A DNA stretch of 64,000 nt, taken from assembly GCA_904063045.1 (NCBI GenBank), contig CAJFCJ010000003.1:1426001-1490000 (forward strand). The letters run 5' to 3'. The stretch comes from Dimorphilus gyrociliatus (taxonomy: Eukaryota > Animalia > Annelida). The notes beneath the pieces are model-generated. The model had not been told where the DNA came from. It searched no databases and was given only the letters and a program-made list of their open reading frames with translations. Shown in pieces: positions 48,401-61,316 of this stretch. Made by a program: the position numbers and the translations under genes. Each line of letters opens with the position of its first letter. Within the stretch, counting starts at the first letter, position 1.

Positions 48401-49535
48401 GAATCATCCAACGTTCCTTTACATAATTTTATAAGAGAAGCTGTTAAATTGGCTGACGATACTACTTTTTTAAAACAATTAGACAAAGATATGAAATATG
48501 AAGGCGCGAAAAAGATGCCAAAAGAACAAATGATTATGAATAGAATTATTCGAAATGTGCCGCCTATCGTTCCGGAACAAAAGCTACAAATTTTGGCATC
48601 TCCAAAAAATAAAATAATAAATACCAAGATGTCTATAGTTGAAAACAGGAATAGTAATGATATGAAAAGAAAGCAAATGGATAAAGAATCTCCTGTCAAA
48701 GTTTTTGTCGTTCCGAGTACTTCATCTGATATACTACATAAACCAAAAATAACTATTCAAGCCCCTATTGGTATGACCAACGTCATTAACAAACCGATAA
48801 TTCGTACAAGCTTTGAAAAGAATACAACACCTTTATCTCCTGCAAATTCCCAAATTCGTCAACGTTGTAAACCTGTATCTGGAATTGGACAACCAATTAT
48901 TAGATCACCGGCATCGTATGTTTTAAAAATGCCACCTGCTAGTACCATGCCAAATCAAATTAACACAGTAAGTGTATATAACGAAATACTGAATATTAAA
49001 TCTAATTACGATGTTTTTTTAAAAAGCCACCTGAAATAAAGCAAAGAAAGAGAGGACGACCGGTTAAAAAGGATCCTGAAACCTGGAAAGATGCCGCGAT
49101 AAAGTAATTTAGCCTATGAAAATCTGTTAACTGTCGTAAATAATAATCAATTTTTTATTAGATTCATTAACAATGTAATTAGAGTGATAGACACATCAGA
49201 TAAAAGTGAAGGGAGTTAGTATATCTGTTTGCTAATAAGTTGCAAATTTATTTTAAATTTTCTTGTCTACAGTGGTTGCTGATTTTAACAAGCAGTGTTT
49301 AGAAATTCGATCGAATTTACAAGTAAATTGTCAATTTCTCTCCATTTAATTAAATTAATTTTTTTCTATAACGTTACAGGAAGGGACAATAACTTCTTTG
49401 GACAAGTTTCAGACTGAAACTTCAGAGTTAATTAAGTTGTCAACAAATTTGAAACAATCCTCCCGTACTTCAATAAATCGCATTCACAATCAATACCAAA
49501 ACGAAGTCAAACCGTTTGTGCCATTGCAAAAGTGA
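45423..49535 (+). CDS. Large uncharacterised, probably nuclear protein with four tandem ~65-aa units and a C-terminal AT-hook-like motif, about 10 exons
   Basis: Long ORFs (46028, 46922, 48089) are separated by short GT-AG introns. NLS-like RRTSRRIRNKR; RKRGRP near 49024-49040; final exon ends KPFVPLQK* (TGA 49533-49535). Family not recognised. Confidence 0.75.
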
Positions 49536-49881
49536 TCAAAGGAAGCCTGTCAATGAGTAACTTCTGTACAGTGAAACATTCTGCTTAACCAAATTGGATA
49601 AAACTTTCTGCTAGAGTATAAACTCTGCTGTTCAGTCTTTCATAACAAAACAAATATTATGGGTATTTCTGTCAATTATAAACTTTTAGAGATATATAAA
49701 TTTGCCCTTGCTGACTGAAAGTTACTGTAATTTAATAGTATTGAAGTTGTAGATACATTTTTGTTCAAGTTTTGAAATAAATAAAACAGCTAACTAACAA
49801 TCGTTTACTTCGAACATTAGTTTTATTTTAATTTTAACACAAAATACAGCTGTTTGAAAGTTGTCAACCGATTACAGTCTC

Positions 49882-50659
49882 CTATTGTCCTTCTTTCTCT
49901 GCCTGTTTCATACCACTACCGACGGGTCCATGTCTTCTTTCCCAAATCATTCTATGTTTCTGTTTCATGAAAGCATCAACAACGGAGCCAGTCATTCCTA
50001 AATCTCCATACTTCGTGAAGAAATTTCCGGCAGCTACTTCCCATTGCTCCCTTAGATGTTTGCACTTCTCATTGGCATCAGGCGTATAGGGGCCGTAATA
50101 AAATTCACACTCTAATTGACGCTCATGTAGAATATTTAAGATATTAGCATCCACTTGACGATCGCGCTTGAATTGCTCATTAGCTTCATGAATGCAAACT
50201 TGATCTCCAACCCGGCACTCACCAACATCAGGTACTCGTTGGTAGCGACGATGGTAATATTTTGGCCTTTCCTCTGATCGCATAGGTTCAACGATTTTTT
50301 CTGTAAGATGAGAATGAAAACTATAACAGACATCTAAAAAGAAATTCATTGAAATCATAATAATTTTCAGTTACTAAGATCTTTGTTTTTATTGATTTGA
50401 TTTAATAAATATGCTGGAGAATTGTATCAAAATTGCATTACAGTAGTTTATTACGATCTATAGCAATATCTTAAAGATATATTGCTAAAATATGATGTTT
50501 TTATGTGTGTCAAATACAACTTGCTTTATTATCGTTCATAAGATACTTACCGCGAAACACCTTTGCTGGCTTTTCAATTATATTGAAGATATAATATATT
50601 GCCTTATTAAATATACTTCCTTGTTCCATTGCCGCTTTGTAAAGTCTATCATCATCCAT
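49882..50659 (-). CDS. NDUFB10: NADH dehydrogenase 1 beta subcomplex subunit 10 (PDSW), 2 exons
   Basis: Exon 1 MDDDRLY..IEKPAKVFR; exon 2 YYHRRYQRVPDVGEC..DQVCIHEANEQFKRDRQVD..C..C..FFTKYGDLG..DAFMKQKHR. Confidence 0.94.
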
Positions 50660-51093
50660 TTCTTTAATATTTAACTCTTTAATTCTCCACCGACAAAACT
50701 ATGACCTTGTGTAGGTTTTGGGTACGTCTAAAAGCCATAATCAAACACTCTCATTAAAATTCGATTTTGGTTCATCTTAACACGCTATTAAGCTATACCC
50801 AAAAAGTTTAGCATTTGTTTTAACTCCATTCTTTTACCAGAAATATAAATTATTTTTTTTCCAGTGATGTTAAGTGAAAATTAAAAAAACAATAAATTTT
50901 TTTCCAGTTTCAATAAGACGGCATTGTTTATTTCCATATGTGAAAGTTTATTTCAAGAGTTGCCATATTGTGACAATTGTTAATTCACATATGAACAATC
51001 AGTTATTAATATCTTATAGTCAAACTGAATAGAAATATTTAGTAACAGAACTTTTAAAAACATAAATAATAGAGACAATTATTAACAATCAAC

Positions 51094-54000
51094 CTATTTT
51101 ATCTTCATCTTTGACCGTAATCTCTTGACAATTCCTGAGCCTGCGCTAGACAAAGGTGACGGTGAGTCGTCATTCTTTCTACTCATCATTCGAAAAGGGC
51201 TTCTAAACTTGGATTTCTTGCCAGATCCACTTTTTTTCGAATCAGAAACTACACGAGGAGAAGAATTTCCAAGACTAGGAAAAAGCCTTTTCGAATTATC
51301 TGATAATTTGATAGTTGAAAAATCCGGAAGAAGGCTATCGTCAGTACGCTCCTCGACCGCTGGTAGAAAGGACTGAAACGGTTTGTCAACATTGTGACCG
51401 ACTGGAGGAGAAACGACAACTGGCTTGTTTTCCTTTTCATTCTTTTGATGTCGATTCTTTTCGTCTGTCTTCTTATTGGAACGTTTAATCGGCGTTGAGG
51501 AATCAATACTCATTTGAGTAATATCTGAGAAATACCGTGTTTTATGCAGGGAACTTGTCGATAATGTATCCGTAAGAACCGATGACTTTGTTGAATGAAG
51601 ATCCGATTCCGCTTTTTCTCTAGCTTTTTCCAGCTCTTCCTTCTCTACTTGAAATTTCTCCAAAGTATGTTTATATGCATATTCCATATTCTAGCAGAAA
51701 GAGGAGAATAGTTAATCAATAAATTAATGAATGCTATTTTTATTAAGATACCTGATGTTTCTGGGTTATTTTTTCTAATTGATATTTCATATTCTCGTTT
51801 TCTTTCGCTAATGAAGAGTTTTGTTTTCTCAGCTGCAAAAATTATTTGAATAGGAATTAGTCATAGGTTGTGTAAGGGCGTAAGAGCCTCTAACCTCTTG
51901 TATTTCGAAACCAAATTGCATTTTAGTTGTCGTCAAATCCGTTTGTAATTCTTGTTTTTCCTCTGTAAATTCTTTGAGGGCAGAGAGAGCATCATCTCGT
52001 TTGTTGTTTGCTTCCTCCAATTTATCTTTAAGACTTTCAATCTAAAATAACGACAGATATTATTAAAGATTTCATGTTTGGATAATGACAGACATACTTC
52101 ATGAATATACTTTGCAATAGCAATATTTGAGTCATCATCTATTATCAGTGTTGTTTTTCTCCTTTTACGCGTTGAATTTTGGCATTGTTCCATCATATTC
52201 TCCATTTTTTTCTCGTATTTATCTTCTAGACGAGCCTCTAATTCGTCCATTTCTTCTTGGTGTCTTTCATAGATTTCATTGATTTGTTGCTGGTAACGTT
52301 CAGCTACTTCTTCAGTAACTTCTAACTCAAGTTTTTTATTTTTTGCTTTTTCTCTTCGAAGTTCATTTTCTAATTTCTCTATGATGTCCAATAAATCCGC
52401 TTCATTTGGACAATCAGCGTCTTCTAGTGTTTTGTCGCAATCAAGATCTTCAACTATAACTCTCTTGGGTGTTACTGGAGCTTCCTTAATCACAATATCC
52501 TGTGCTATTGCTGAGTACTTGAGAGCATGAAGAGTTTCATCAAACATAGACGCCCGCTGGTTTATGTTTACAACCATCGCGACTGATGACTTGCCACAAA
52601 GGTAACTTTGAAACAACCTTGTAAGTTTTGAATCACGAAATGGAACAATTAATTTGTTTCTAGGGTTAGTTGTCATCTGATTATGTCTTAGAGCTTTCAT
52701 ACAGCGACCAAGGGCTAGTAAGCTACCATTAATGTTACCGGCTTCTTTTATTTGAAGTCCAACAGCATCTGTTTTCGTGTATCTATGGCATAACCAAAAA
52801 TAATGTACTTACATGAATAACGAGATTTATTTAAATTTTTTACCTTTCAGCACCAGCCAAATCGCAGAAGGATAGGGTACTGACAATAGCTTTTTTCAAA
52901 AACTTCTTATCGTCAGACGATGACTTTGGAACGCACACAAGCTTAAGAGTAAAAATACTGTGACTTCTACTTGAATGTTGATTAAGTTTGGTGGCAGCTA
53001 TGTGCAAATTATTTCTTCCAATTGTAAGTATTTTTGCTGCCTCTTCACTGGACGTTATGAATATTTCTTTTAAGTCTTTGATGTATGGAATTTTTCTCGT
53101 ATCTTGACCCAATTTTAACGTTGGTCTTCTCTTTTTCCTCAGCGGTAAAGGACTTAGAAGGTCATAAATGTACTCATTGTAAATTTCAGCGTAGGAGACC
53201 CATAAAGAGTATGTATACTTCGACTTATCCATTGAAGGATCAAGATCGAAATTGAAAATATTTTGAACTCTCTCTATATCTACTTCTGATCCCAAAGAAC
53301 TTTTTGAACAACTAGTTGTGGTTGTCGTAATGGAATTTAAAGATTTTGTTTCCTCAGAGTCAGAAGATAGATTGTTTAGCATCTCAAAAACATCTTCTCG
53401 TAATTTAATTTCAGCTTGTAATTGAGCTGCCGACAAATAAACAACATCAGAAAACATAGTCGGTCTTATTTTGGGTTCTTTATCAATGGAGTCGTGTAAC
53501 GTGTTGAAAATGATATCAATAGATCTTGGCAGCAGCCCGGGATTAGTACTATCTCCTTGTATTGTGTAAGTTTTGCCACTTTCGAAAAGGTCAATAGTTA
53601 AAACGCTTTAAAAGTTAAACTTTTTACTTTCTCACCTGTTAGTTACACCGTACGTGAATAGGAGAGCATTTCTGCCAGCTATAAATTTTTTAACGGAATA
53701 TTCTAAAGTAGAGCTGAAAAGTTGGTCTTGACTAGCGTCTTCGTTAAAAATCTTAGAGAAAGCAAATCTATGAATTTGACGACCTCTTCCCCTTTGTGAA
53801 TTTTTAAAAGTGTGAGATTCGGGTGGCGCATTTGTCAGTAAAACAGTATCTGACACCAACTCCATACAATCCTTAGAAAAAATGCGAATTAATATTACAG
53901 AATTTAATGATCATAACTATATCAAAATTACCCGATCCTCGTTATTCACTCTCTCATCTATTGTAAACGGTCGTATTCTAAGGTAAACATGAAGGGCATT

Positions 54001-54159
54001 TTCGATTTCATTATGCTTTGCAATGGTTTGATTAACATCCAAGAAGTCAGGACTCAAATTTCGCTTAATATCTTTAACTTCTGGAATTCTCGAGTCGTCA
54101 GCTTCAATTAATTCGACATCCTCCTCCATCAGAGAGATAGGTCTATTATCACTGTTCAT
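51094..54159 (-). CDS. KIF20A: Kinesin-6 family motor (KIF20A/B, MKLP2/subito-like), about 6 coding exons
   Basis: HVYLRIRPF; FTYGVTN|SGKTYT P-loop; long loop-6 insert; WVSYAEIYNEYIYDLL; NQHSSRSHSIF; FCDLAGAER; VPFRDSKLTRLFQ; FDETLHALKYSA; coiled-coil tail. Confidence 0.93.
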
Positions 54160-55873
54160 TATCTTGCTAAAGCCTTTTTGAAAAGTGCAATATATTGTCT
54201 ATAAAACTTCATATTTAGTCATAGAAAATTTCTAAGCAAATAAAGCTACCTGAAGTTGATTTGGTCTTATAATAAATTCGATAAAAACATTAACTCTTAT
54301 TCGAATGAATAACCGTTACAGGACCCGGAATAAACGTATGTCCAAAAGTTCGTAAATGCGATGTCCAGATTCGCCATTTTGAATTGTCAGGTTGCATTGT
54401 CCTAGCGTACAAAAGATTAAAAATACAATTTAAAGTATACTGTAACAATTTACAACAGAACAAAAAAATAAAATATCAAAGAAAAATATAATTAATTTTT
54501 ATAAACAAAAATTATATTTTCAAGCAAAATTTGATAGTATATGTACAAACGTCCAGAAACCAAAAATAGGTACTGGAGAAGTTATACATTATTGAAGATT
54601 TTGTTTAAAAATTTAGATTAAAAGTAGCTATTTATAGTATTAAAGCAAACAAGCACAGAAAGAGAAATAGCAAATACATTGAGACTAGAGAATCTTTTAA
54701 GCACAGTTTATAAATAGCAAAGATTTTAAGACATTACGTATGTCTTCACAAGAGAATTTCTGTTTTATGTGTGACCTGTATTCTGAAATCATAAAAATCT
54801 ACAAAGAATGAAAAGGGAGGGAAATAAAATAAAGTATCTCATAAATACAATATGACTATTCGCTGCGAAAACTTTATCATTTCCTACAAGCAAATTAAAT
54901 AGATCATAATAACGGAGAAGAATATCTAACAGCTTCTTCAAATGATAAATCGTTCAATGATTATTGTAAAAGCTAATTATTATCAATATTTCAAGTACTG
55001 TAGGCACTGATAAAGCCATAATTTGTTTTCTTTCAAAGGTTGCTCTAACAAATAGCTCTTAGTTTAAAATACAGTTGAACATTTGAAAACAAAAATAAAG
55101 GTAAAAAACTCTTATTCTATTTTACATCTAATTTGCGTACTTTTATATTATCATTGCAACTGAGGAATAATATGAATAGTTTATTCAAATGATACTTTTA
55201 GCTAAGTTAGATAAGAGAGAAGAAAATTAAAGTTTTTAGTTATTAATTGTATGTAAGGGGATAAGCAGGTTACGAATACTCATTATTTGCATAGTTAGGC
55301 CTCTCGTCGATATAAATCGACTCAATTTTCAAGAAATATACCTGAATAGTTAGGCGTGAAGGACATTAGGCAACTTCGTGTTTAAAAAATACTATTAGAG
55401 TTTGTACTATTTTACTCTATCCTATTGATTGTATCAACAGTGAACTTGTAAGGTAGGTTTTCTTACATTCAACTATATTGTATTGATAAAATAAGTTTTA
55501 CGATCCATCTATTAAATACATGGATAATGTACCTTTATATAAAACCTGTAACAAAAGAAAAAATTTTTAGGCCTGATCATGGGATTGATTTTCATTGTAT
55601 TATTCAAAATAATTTTTCCTGGTGCAGTGCACTGTACTGTACGAATCACTAATAGTAGAGTAAAGGATTATAGAAATTATACATCTAGTAATAATTTCAT
55701 TTTAATTTAATTCTTTTAAATATTGATTACTACACTACTTTATTGACATTCGTATATTTTAATCTTGATTTTATTGGAATATTTTACCTAACTACGCTTT
55801 TTTTTATGTTAGAATTTGTTATTCAAGCAAAAAAGAATCTCGTCAATTGTGATAATTCCTGACATAAATTGAT

Positions 55874-58178
55874 ATGGAAAACTCTAAACAAATTGGTAAA
55901 TATAACGTTAAATTTTTTCATTGAGAAAAATCAGGATAATTAGTTCAATAGATTGTAGTTTGAATGACGATATAAACTTTTCTTTTTGAACATTTTATAT
56001 ATTGTACTAAAATTAAAAGTCTACTTTTTCTGTATTTGTTAACGTGTATTATTATATAATAGTTACATTATTTTATTATTGTATTCATTCTCATATATAA
56101 ATTTATATATACTAATATATATACAGTATATATATATATATAGTATACAGTCTACACCATACATTAATTTATTAGTATATTTTACCATATTTAGTTATTA
56201 TTTCACTTGTTAAGCTTAATTTTTGACTGATTTTTTGTTTGTTTTACAGTTCGAAGTTATCGACTAATTTGTTCTTATAGATTGATTTTAGCTGCCATAA
56301 TATTCTTATGTCTTTTGAATCTTTATTTACAAAGAGTGGGAATGAGTGTAGCCATTGTTTGTATGGTTAACCATACAGCTATTAAACAATCCTCTGAAGC
56401 GAATGCGTCGACCCTAAATTCGTCACTGTGTCCTGGTTTATCAGTTAATGAGTCAAATCCTACAAAAGACGGGCCTTTTGAATATGATAAACCTCAGCAA
56501 GGACATATTTTAGGAGGCTTTTTTTATGGCTATCTTATCAGTCAAATCCCAGGAGGCATATTAGCTGAAAAATTTGGCGGGAAAAAAGTTTTTCTAATTT
56601 TCTCTTCTATTTCGACATTAGCAACTATTCTGACTCCAATAGGAGCTCATTTAGGTTTCGGATATTTGATAGCATTAAGAGTTTTAGTTGGTTTCGGATC
56701 GGTAACAATGTCTTTTTTATTTACATAAAACAATATTACATTATTTAAATTGTTAGGGAGCCGCCTTTCCAACAATGCACGCAGTATGGGGAAAATGGGC
56801 ACCCCCTCTTGAGAGATCAAAATTAGTATCTGTGTCATACGGAGGTACTTTTCTCATTAGAACTGTAACAAGAATATTTTTATTTGAAACGAAAATATTC
56901 TACAGGTGCAATGATGGGATCAGTTTTGGCTCTTCCTCTGTCTGGTGCTCTTTGCGAGTATGGATATGCCGGAGGATGGCCGTCTATTTTCTATACAACA
57001 GGTTCTTAAACCTAACAAAATTTGCATGCACTAACATACTTATCAACGTAATAGTAATACTAATATTAATAGTAAATGCATATATAATAACTTTAAAGGA
57101 ATAACAACGATCATCTTTCTTATTATCTGGCTGCTTTTCGTTAGTGATACTCCACAGAAGCATAAATTGATTACAGAGGATGAAAAATTTTATATATCAA
57201 ATAGTCTAAAAGGACAAGTATCTGAAAAATCGAACAAGGTACAATTACATTTTATCAAAAAGAGTTATCAGTAATAGGCTCTATTTATGCAATCAATTGC
57301 ATAGGGTAAAACACCATGGTTCGAATTTCTTAAATCGCGAGCTGTATGGGCTATTTGTGTTGCAAATTTTACGTCTGATTGGGGATTATATACTTTTCTT
57401 ACCAATATTCCTACCTTTTTACATGAAGTTTTAAAATTCGACATTGAATCGGTAATCTATTCGAAAGCAGGATTTACTTTTGAAATAGTTAATGCTATAT
57501 ATTTTTTACGTTCCTCACAGAACGGATTATTTTCTGCTTTACCATGGATAGGGCTGTGGATAAATATGACTATATCTCCAATTATTGCGGATAAATTGAT
57601 TTCTACCTCTAAACTTTCTGTTCAGAATACTAGAAAGTTAATGAACTCAATCGGTAATATTTCTTTCCATTGATAAAACTATCTTATCTTTTATATCTAA
57701 ATTAAAAATTGTCTTTTATTTAGGCGGAATTGGCTCGGCAGCATGTTTAGTTGGGGTTGCTTTTACGGATTGTAGAAGCTATTTCCTCGCTATAGCCTTA
57801 TTGACATTAGGAGTAACTTTGAGTGGATCTCATTATTCGGGTTTCTTGGTAAATCACATGGATATTGCTCCTAAATATGCCGGAACATTATTTGGAATTT
57901 CTAACATGATAGGATCGATTTCTGGTTTTGTAGCACCAACATTGGTTGGTATAATTACTAAAGATGTATGTATTCGTTTTCTATCAAGTATCTATCAATA
58001 AAGTCCTAATATCGCTTAGCAAACAAAAGCCCAATGGATGATTGTATTTTTCCTTTCGGCTGGAGTGCTGGTTTTTGGTTCCGTTGTCTTTATCATATTC
58101 GGCAGGGGAGACCTGCAAAAGTGGGCTGAAGAGAAGGAAGATAAAAAGCCAGACATAGAGTTGAAAACTATGCTTTAG
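55874..58178 (+). CDS. SLC17 family anion transporter (sialin-like), multi-exon; first exon uncertain
   Basis: [15 protein letters not shown]; [21 protein letters not shown]; [13 protein letters not shown]; GGWPSIFY; [13 protein letters not shown]; FLTNIPTF..; [14 protein letters not shown]; stop TAG 58176-58178. Confidence 0.92.
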
Positions 58179-58670
58179 TTTATTTTGCATTTTAAGCATA
58201 GGATATATCAGTTTGTTTGGATCTTAGAGACTTTTCATTTGGATTTTGTAGAAAAGAGATATAAATTTATCTATTTATTTAAATATTTATTTCTATATAT
58301 GGCAATATTTTTTCTTCAATTTCCAAAAAGTATACCTTTTTTCTTATGAGTTTGCACGCTGTTTTTTAGGTAAATTATCATTGAATGCTTTTCTTTCTAA
58401 CAATGTTAAGTATTCAATACTGCAGATAAGTACTATGTGTCATATTGTTTCATGTTTTCAGAATTTTCTTCCTAGTTGAAATGTTGAGAATAAAATAAAA
58501 TTAGTTGTACCTAGTTAGAGGATTTTAAGATTTTTATTAAATTAGCAATAATGATATCATTAACAAAGAAGGAAGGAAAACCCTTTTTTCCTTAATCAAC
58601 TACTTAACAAAGTGCATAAGTAATAATTACAATAATAATCCAAAGGAAAACATAAAATGCTTATATTTCG

Positions 58671-61095
58671 TTAGTTACTCTTCTTTAATTTATTTGAAAA
58701 TGGTGCAAAATCTTCGTATTCGGAACGTTTGGCTGTTGTTGAAACTTTTTTCATAAAGTATAAAGCGAAATAGCCTGTAATTTAAAATAAATCATTAGTG
58801 AATTAACTATTGAATTAGTTTCGACTTGAGTGTTTTCTAGTACCTCCAACAATTATTAAAGTTATTATAAACTTTGATAGAATACTTCCATAGAATAGGA
58901 TATACCACAGAAATCTAAGTAGAGGTACAGTCAAGACTATGAACCAGCAAATAAAGTTGACTAAATCGTGAGGTCTTCTACCATATGTCCTTTTGTGACC
59001 TATTTTAAAGCAACCGTTCTTGGAAAAGTGGTCGAAGATTTCATCCTTTAGTTTGGAGATAATATTGATCAACTAAGAACAGAAATTTAATGTAACCTAC
59101 TTTCTTAGCAAAAGTCTTATATAACCAATCAGAAGCTTCCTTATCACTATCAGTAGGAATATCTTTTATTGGTATCCGTCTAAAAAATTTATTTCACATT
59201 TAGATAAAGCTAGATGTTACTAAAAACAATATGAAAAACCTGCAATATAGCTCAGCTTTAGTAGGCTTTCCATCAAAGATTGATTGAACAGTTGGCGTTG
59301 CGCCGTCTTTTCTAAATCCTATTGTTATATCCCAAACTGCATCGACTGAAAAATAATTAATAATATTATTACAGTCTTTCAAGTTGATGAGTTTCCTCAA
59401 TAGTTTAGCTTATACATTTATCTTTAATGCCTTCCATTGTCAAAACAAATCCCTTTGTTCTGGGAAGCAAAGTATGCTTCAATTGAGGCAGGTTATTTTT
59501 CGCTGCAAATTTATTACTTTCTTCTAGTTTCTTTTCAGAAAATCGGGTTCCTTCGCAAAACATCAACAACTAAAGAAGGTAAATAAATGTCTATTTATTA
59601 TGTAGGATTTGTTAGTAGTATTTCTATCATTTTGAAATGCATGTATGTATAATAACTTAAAAACGAATTAATTGATACATCTCACAAAATTGATAAATGT
59701 TTCATATCGTATTATCTAAATTATTTTTTATTATCAAAGGAAAACCTTGATAATAGTAATTTTACATACAGGAGCAAGTGAACTAGTTTTTCTTTAATTC
59801 TCTAAATATAGAAATCGAACTCCTAGTTTTGATAAAAATCGGCAGATGGCATTAAAAAAAACACTATACAGGGTTTAGTTTTCAAAAAGGCCTATTTGTA
59901 ACATTTTCAAAGTATTAAAATGTTAAACGTTAATGATATTTAACCTAGGATTAGATAAAGTCAAAAATCCGATAATTATGGTAATTAAATATTTATCGGC
60001 ATAACAAATTACTATTTTATGAGTGTATACGTTTTTTTTCTATCTAAAAAATGGTTTTATAATAAACCTAAATATTGTTTTCTCTATTGTGAAAATATTT
60101 GCAAACTGGGTCTACCTACCGTTATATTATATCCAGGAGGATATTCGTGCAGAAATTGTAAATCTCTTGTAATAATTTTCCTATCTTTTTCCCATGATCT
60201 TTTCAAAAATATTGATTCTGTAAATACCCATGCCCACCCAAAAATTGGGACATATTTCAGTGAGTTCTTTACGAAAACTTTTGTCGTCTGCGGAGAAAGG
60301 TCAAATATTTATTAGATGTCTTTTTTAATAATTTTTTACTAATTTCTGTTTTACTAACGGGTAGGATGCCAATTCGTTCGCTTATTATCCATGTCATTAA
60401 CCAATCAATGTCATACTTGTGATTCATTAGAATCAATGTATTCTCATGTCCTATCGATGAACAGTCTTCTTCATTTTCGAAATGCAATGTCACATCACTA
60501 CCTGACCACCATTGAGCAAAGAAGGCTAATTCTGTTAAAATTGAGAACGGTGAAAACTCATTAGAGCATGTATAGCATTGAAACTCTATGCTTATATTTT
60601 TCAATACAGAACATTTAAGATGTTTAAGGTATGCTCTTCAGTTTAACTAGTAAAGGGATACATGCTGTAAACAACATTGGCCTAATAACGATTCCCCAAT
60701 ATTCTACATATACACATATATATATATATATGTGTATGCGTCTGTGTGTGCGCGTTTAGTAAAATACATGTAATCGATAACACAGTTCATATGTTCAGAC
60801 TGTAATGTGGCAGAGTGGAAAAACTGGAACACGTTCTATGGACTATAACGAATTAAAGAAAAGTAAATTCATTCTACTCACGAGACCACAAGGAATAGGC
60901 CAAATGAACTATGATTTTCCTATATACATTCTCCGATAATCTCCACACGAGTAAATAAGTGAGAAGCATAGCAAAAGTGATAATTAATCCAGAAGTGAAA
61001 AATATATAAAAAAATACAAGGTGAACTATGCTCCATGTCTTTACATCACTCCATTTAAGTTTTTTCAATACTTCTTTGGGCTTCAGAGAGATCAT
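58671..61095 (-). CDS. AGPAT3: 1-acyl-sn-glycerol-3-phosphate acyltransferase gamma/delta-like, 8 exons
   Basis: QWWSGSDV..MNHKYDIDWL (NHX4D motif); LKYVPIFGWAW..IFLKRSWEKD; MFCEGTRF; LKHTLLPRTKGF; DAVWDITIGF; KDEIFDHF. Confidence 0.93.
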
Positions 61096-61316
61096 AGTTA
61101 AATTATGAAAGATAAGATTTCAAGAATTTTTTTTACGAATCTCTACGCCAAAGCGTACGAGTGGAAATGAACGGGACACGTAAAATCGCTAAACCTCTGA
61201 GCACAGATAAAAGGTCAAAAATAGGCCTACGATAGTGCGTTCTTTATTGATAACAAAAATAATTCATTTAACATCCGATAAAACAGTTGCCGTCAAAATT
61301 CAAAGGCTTCTGAAGG

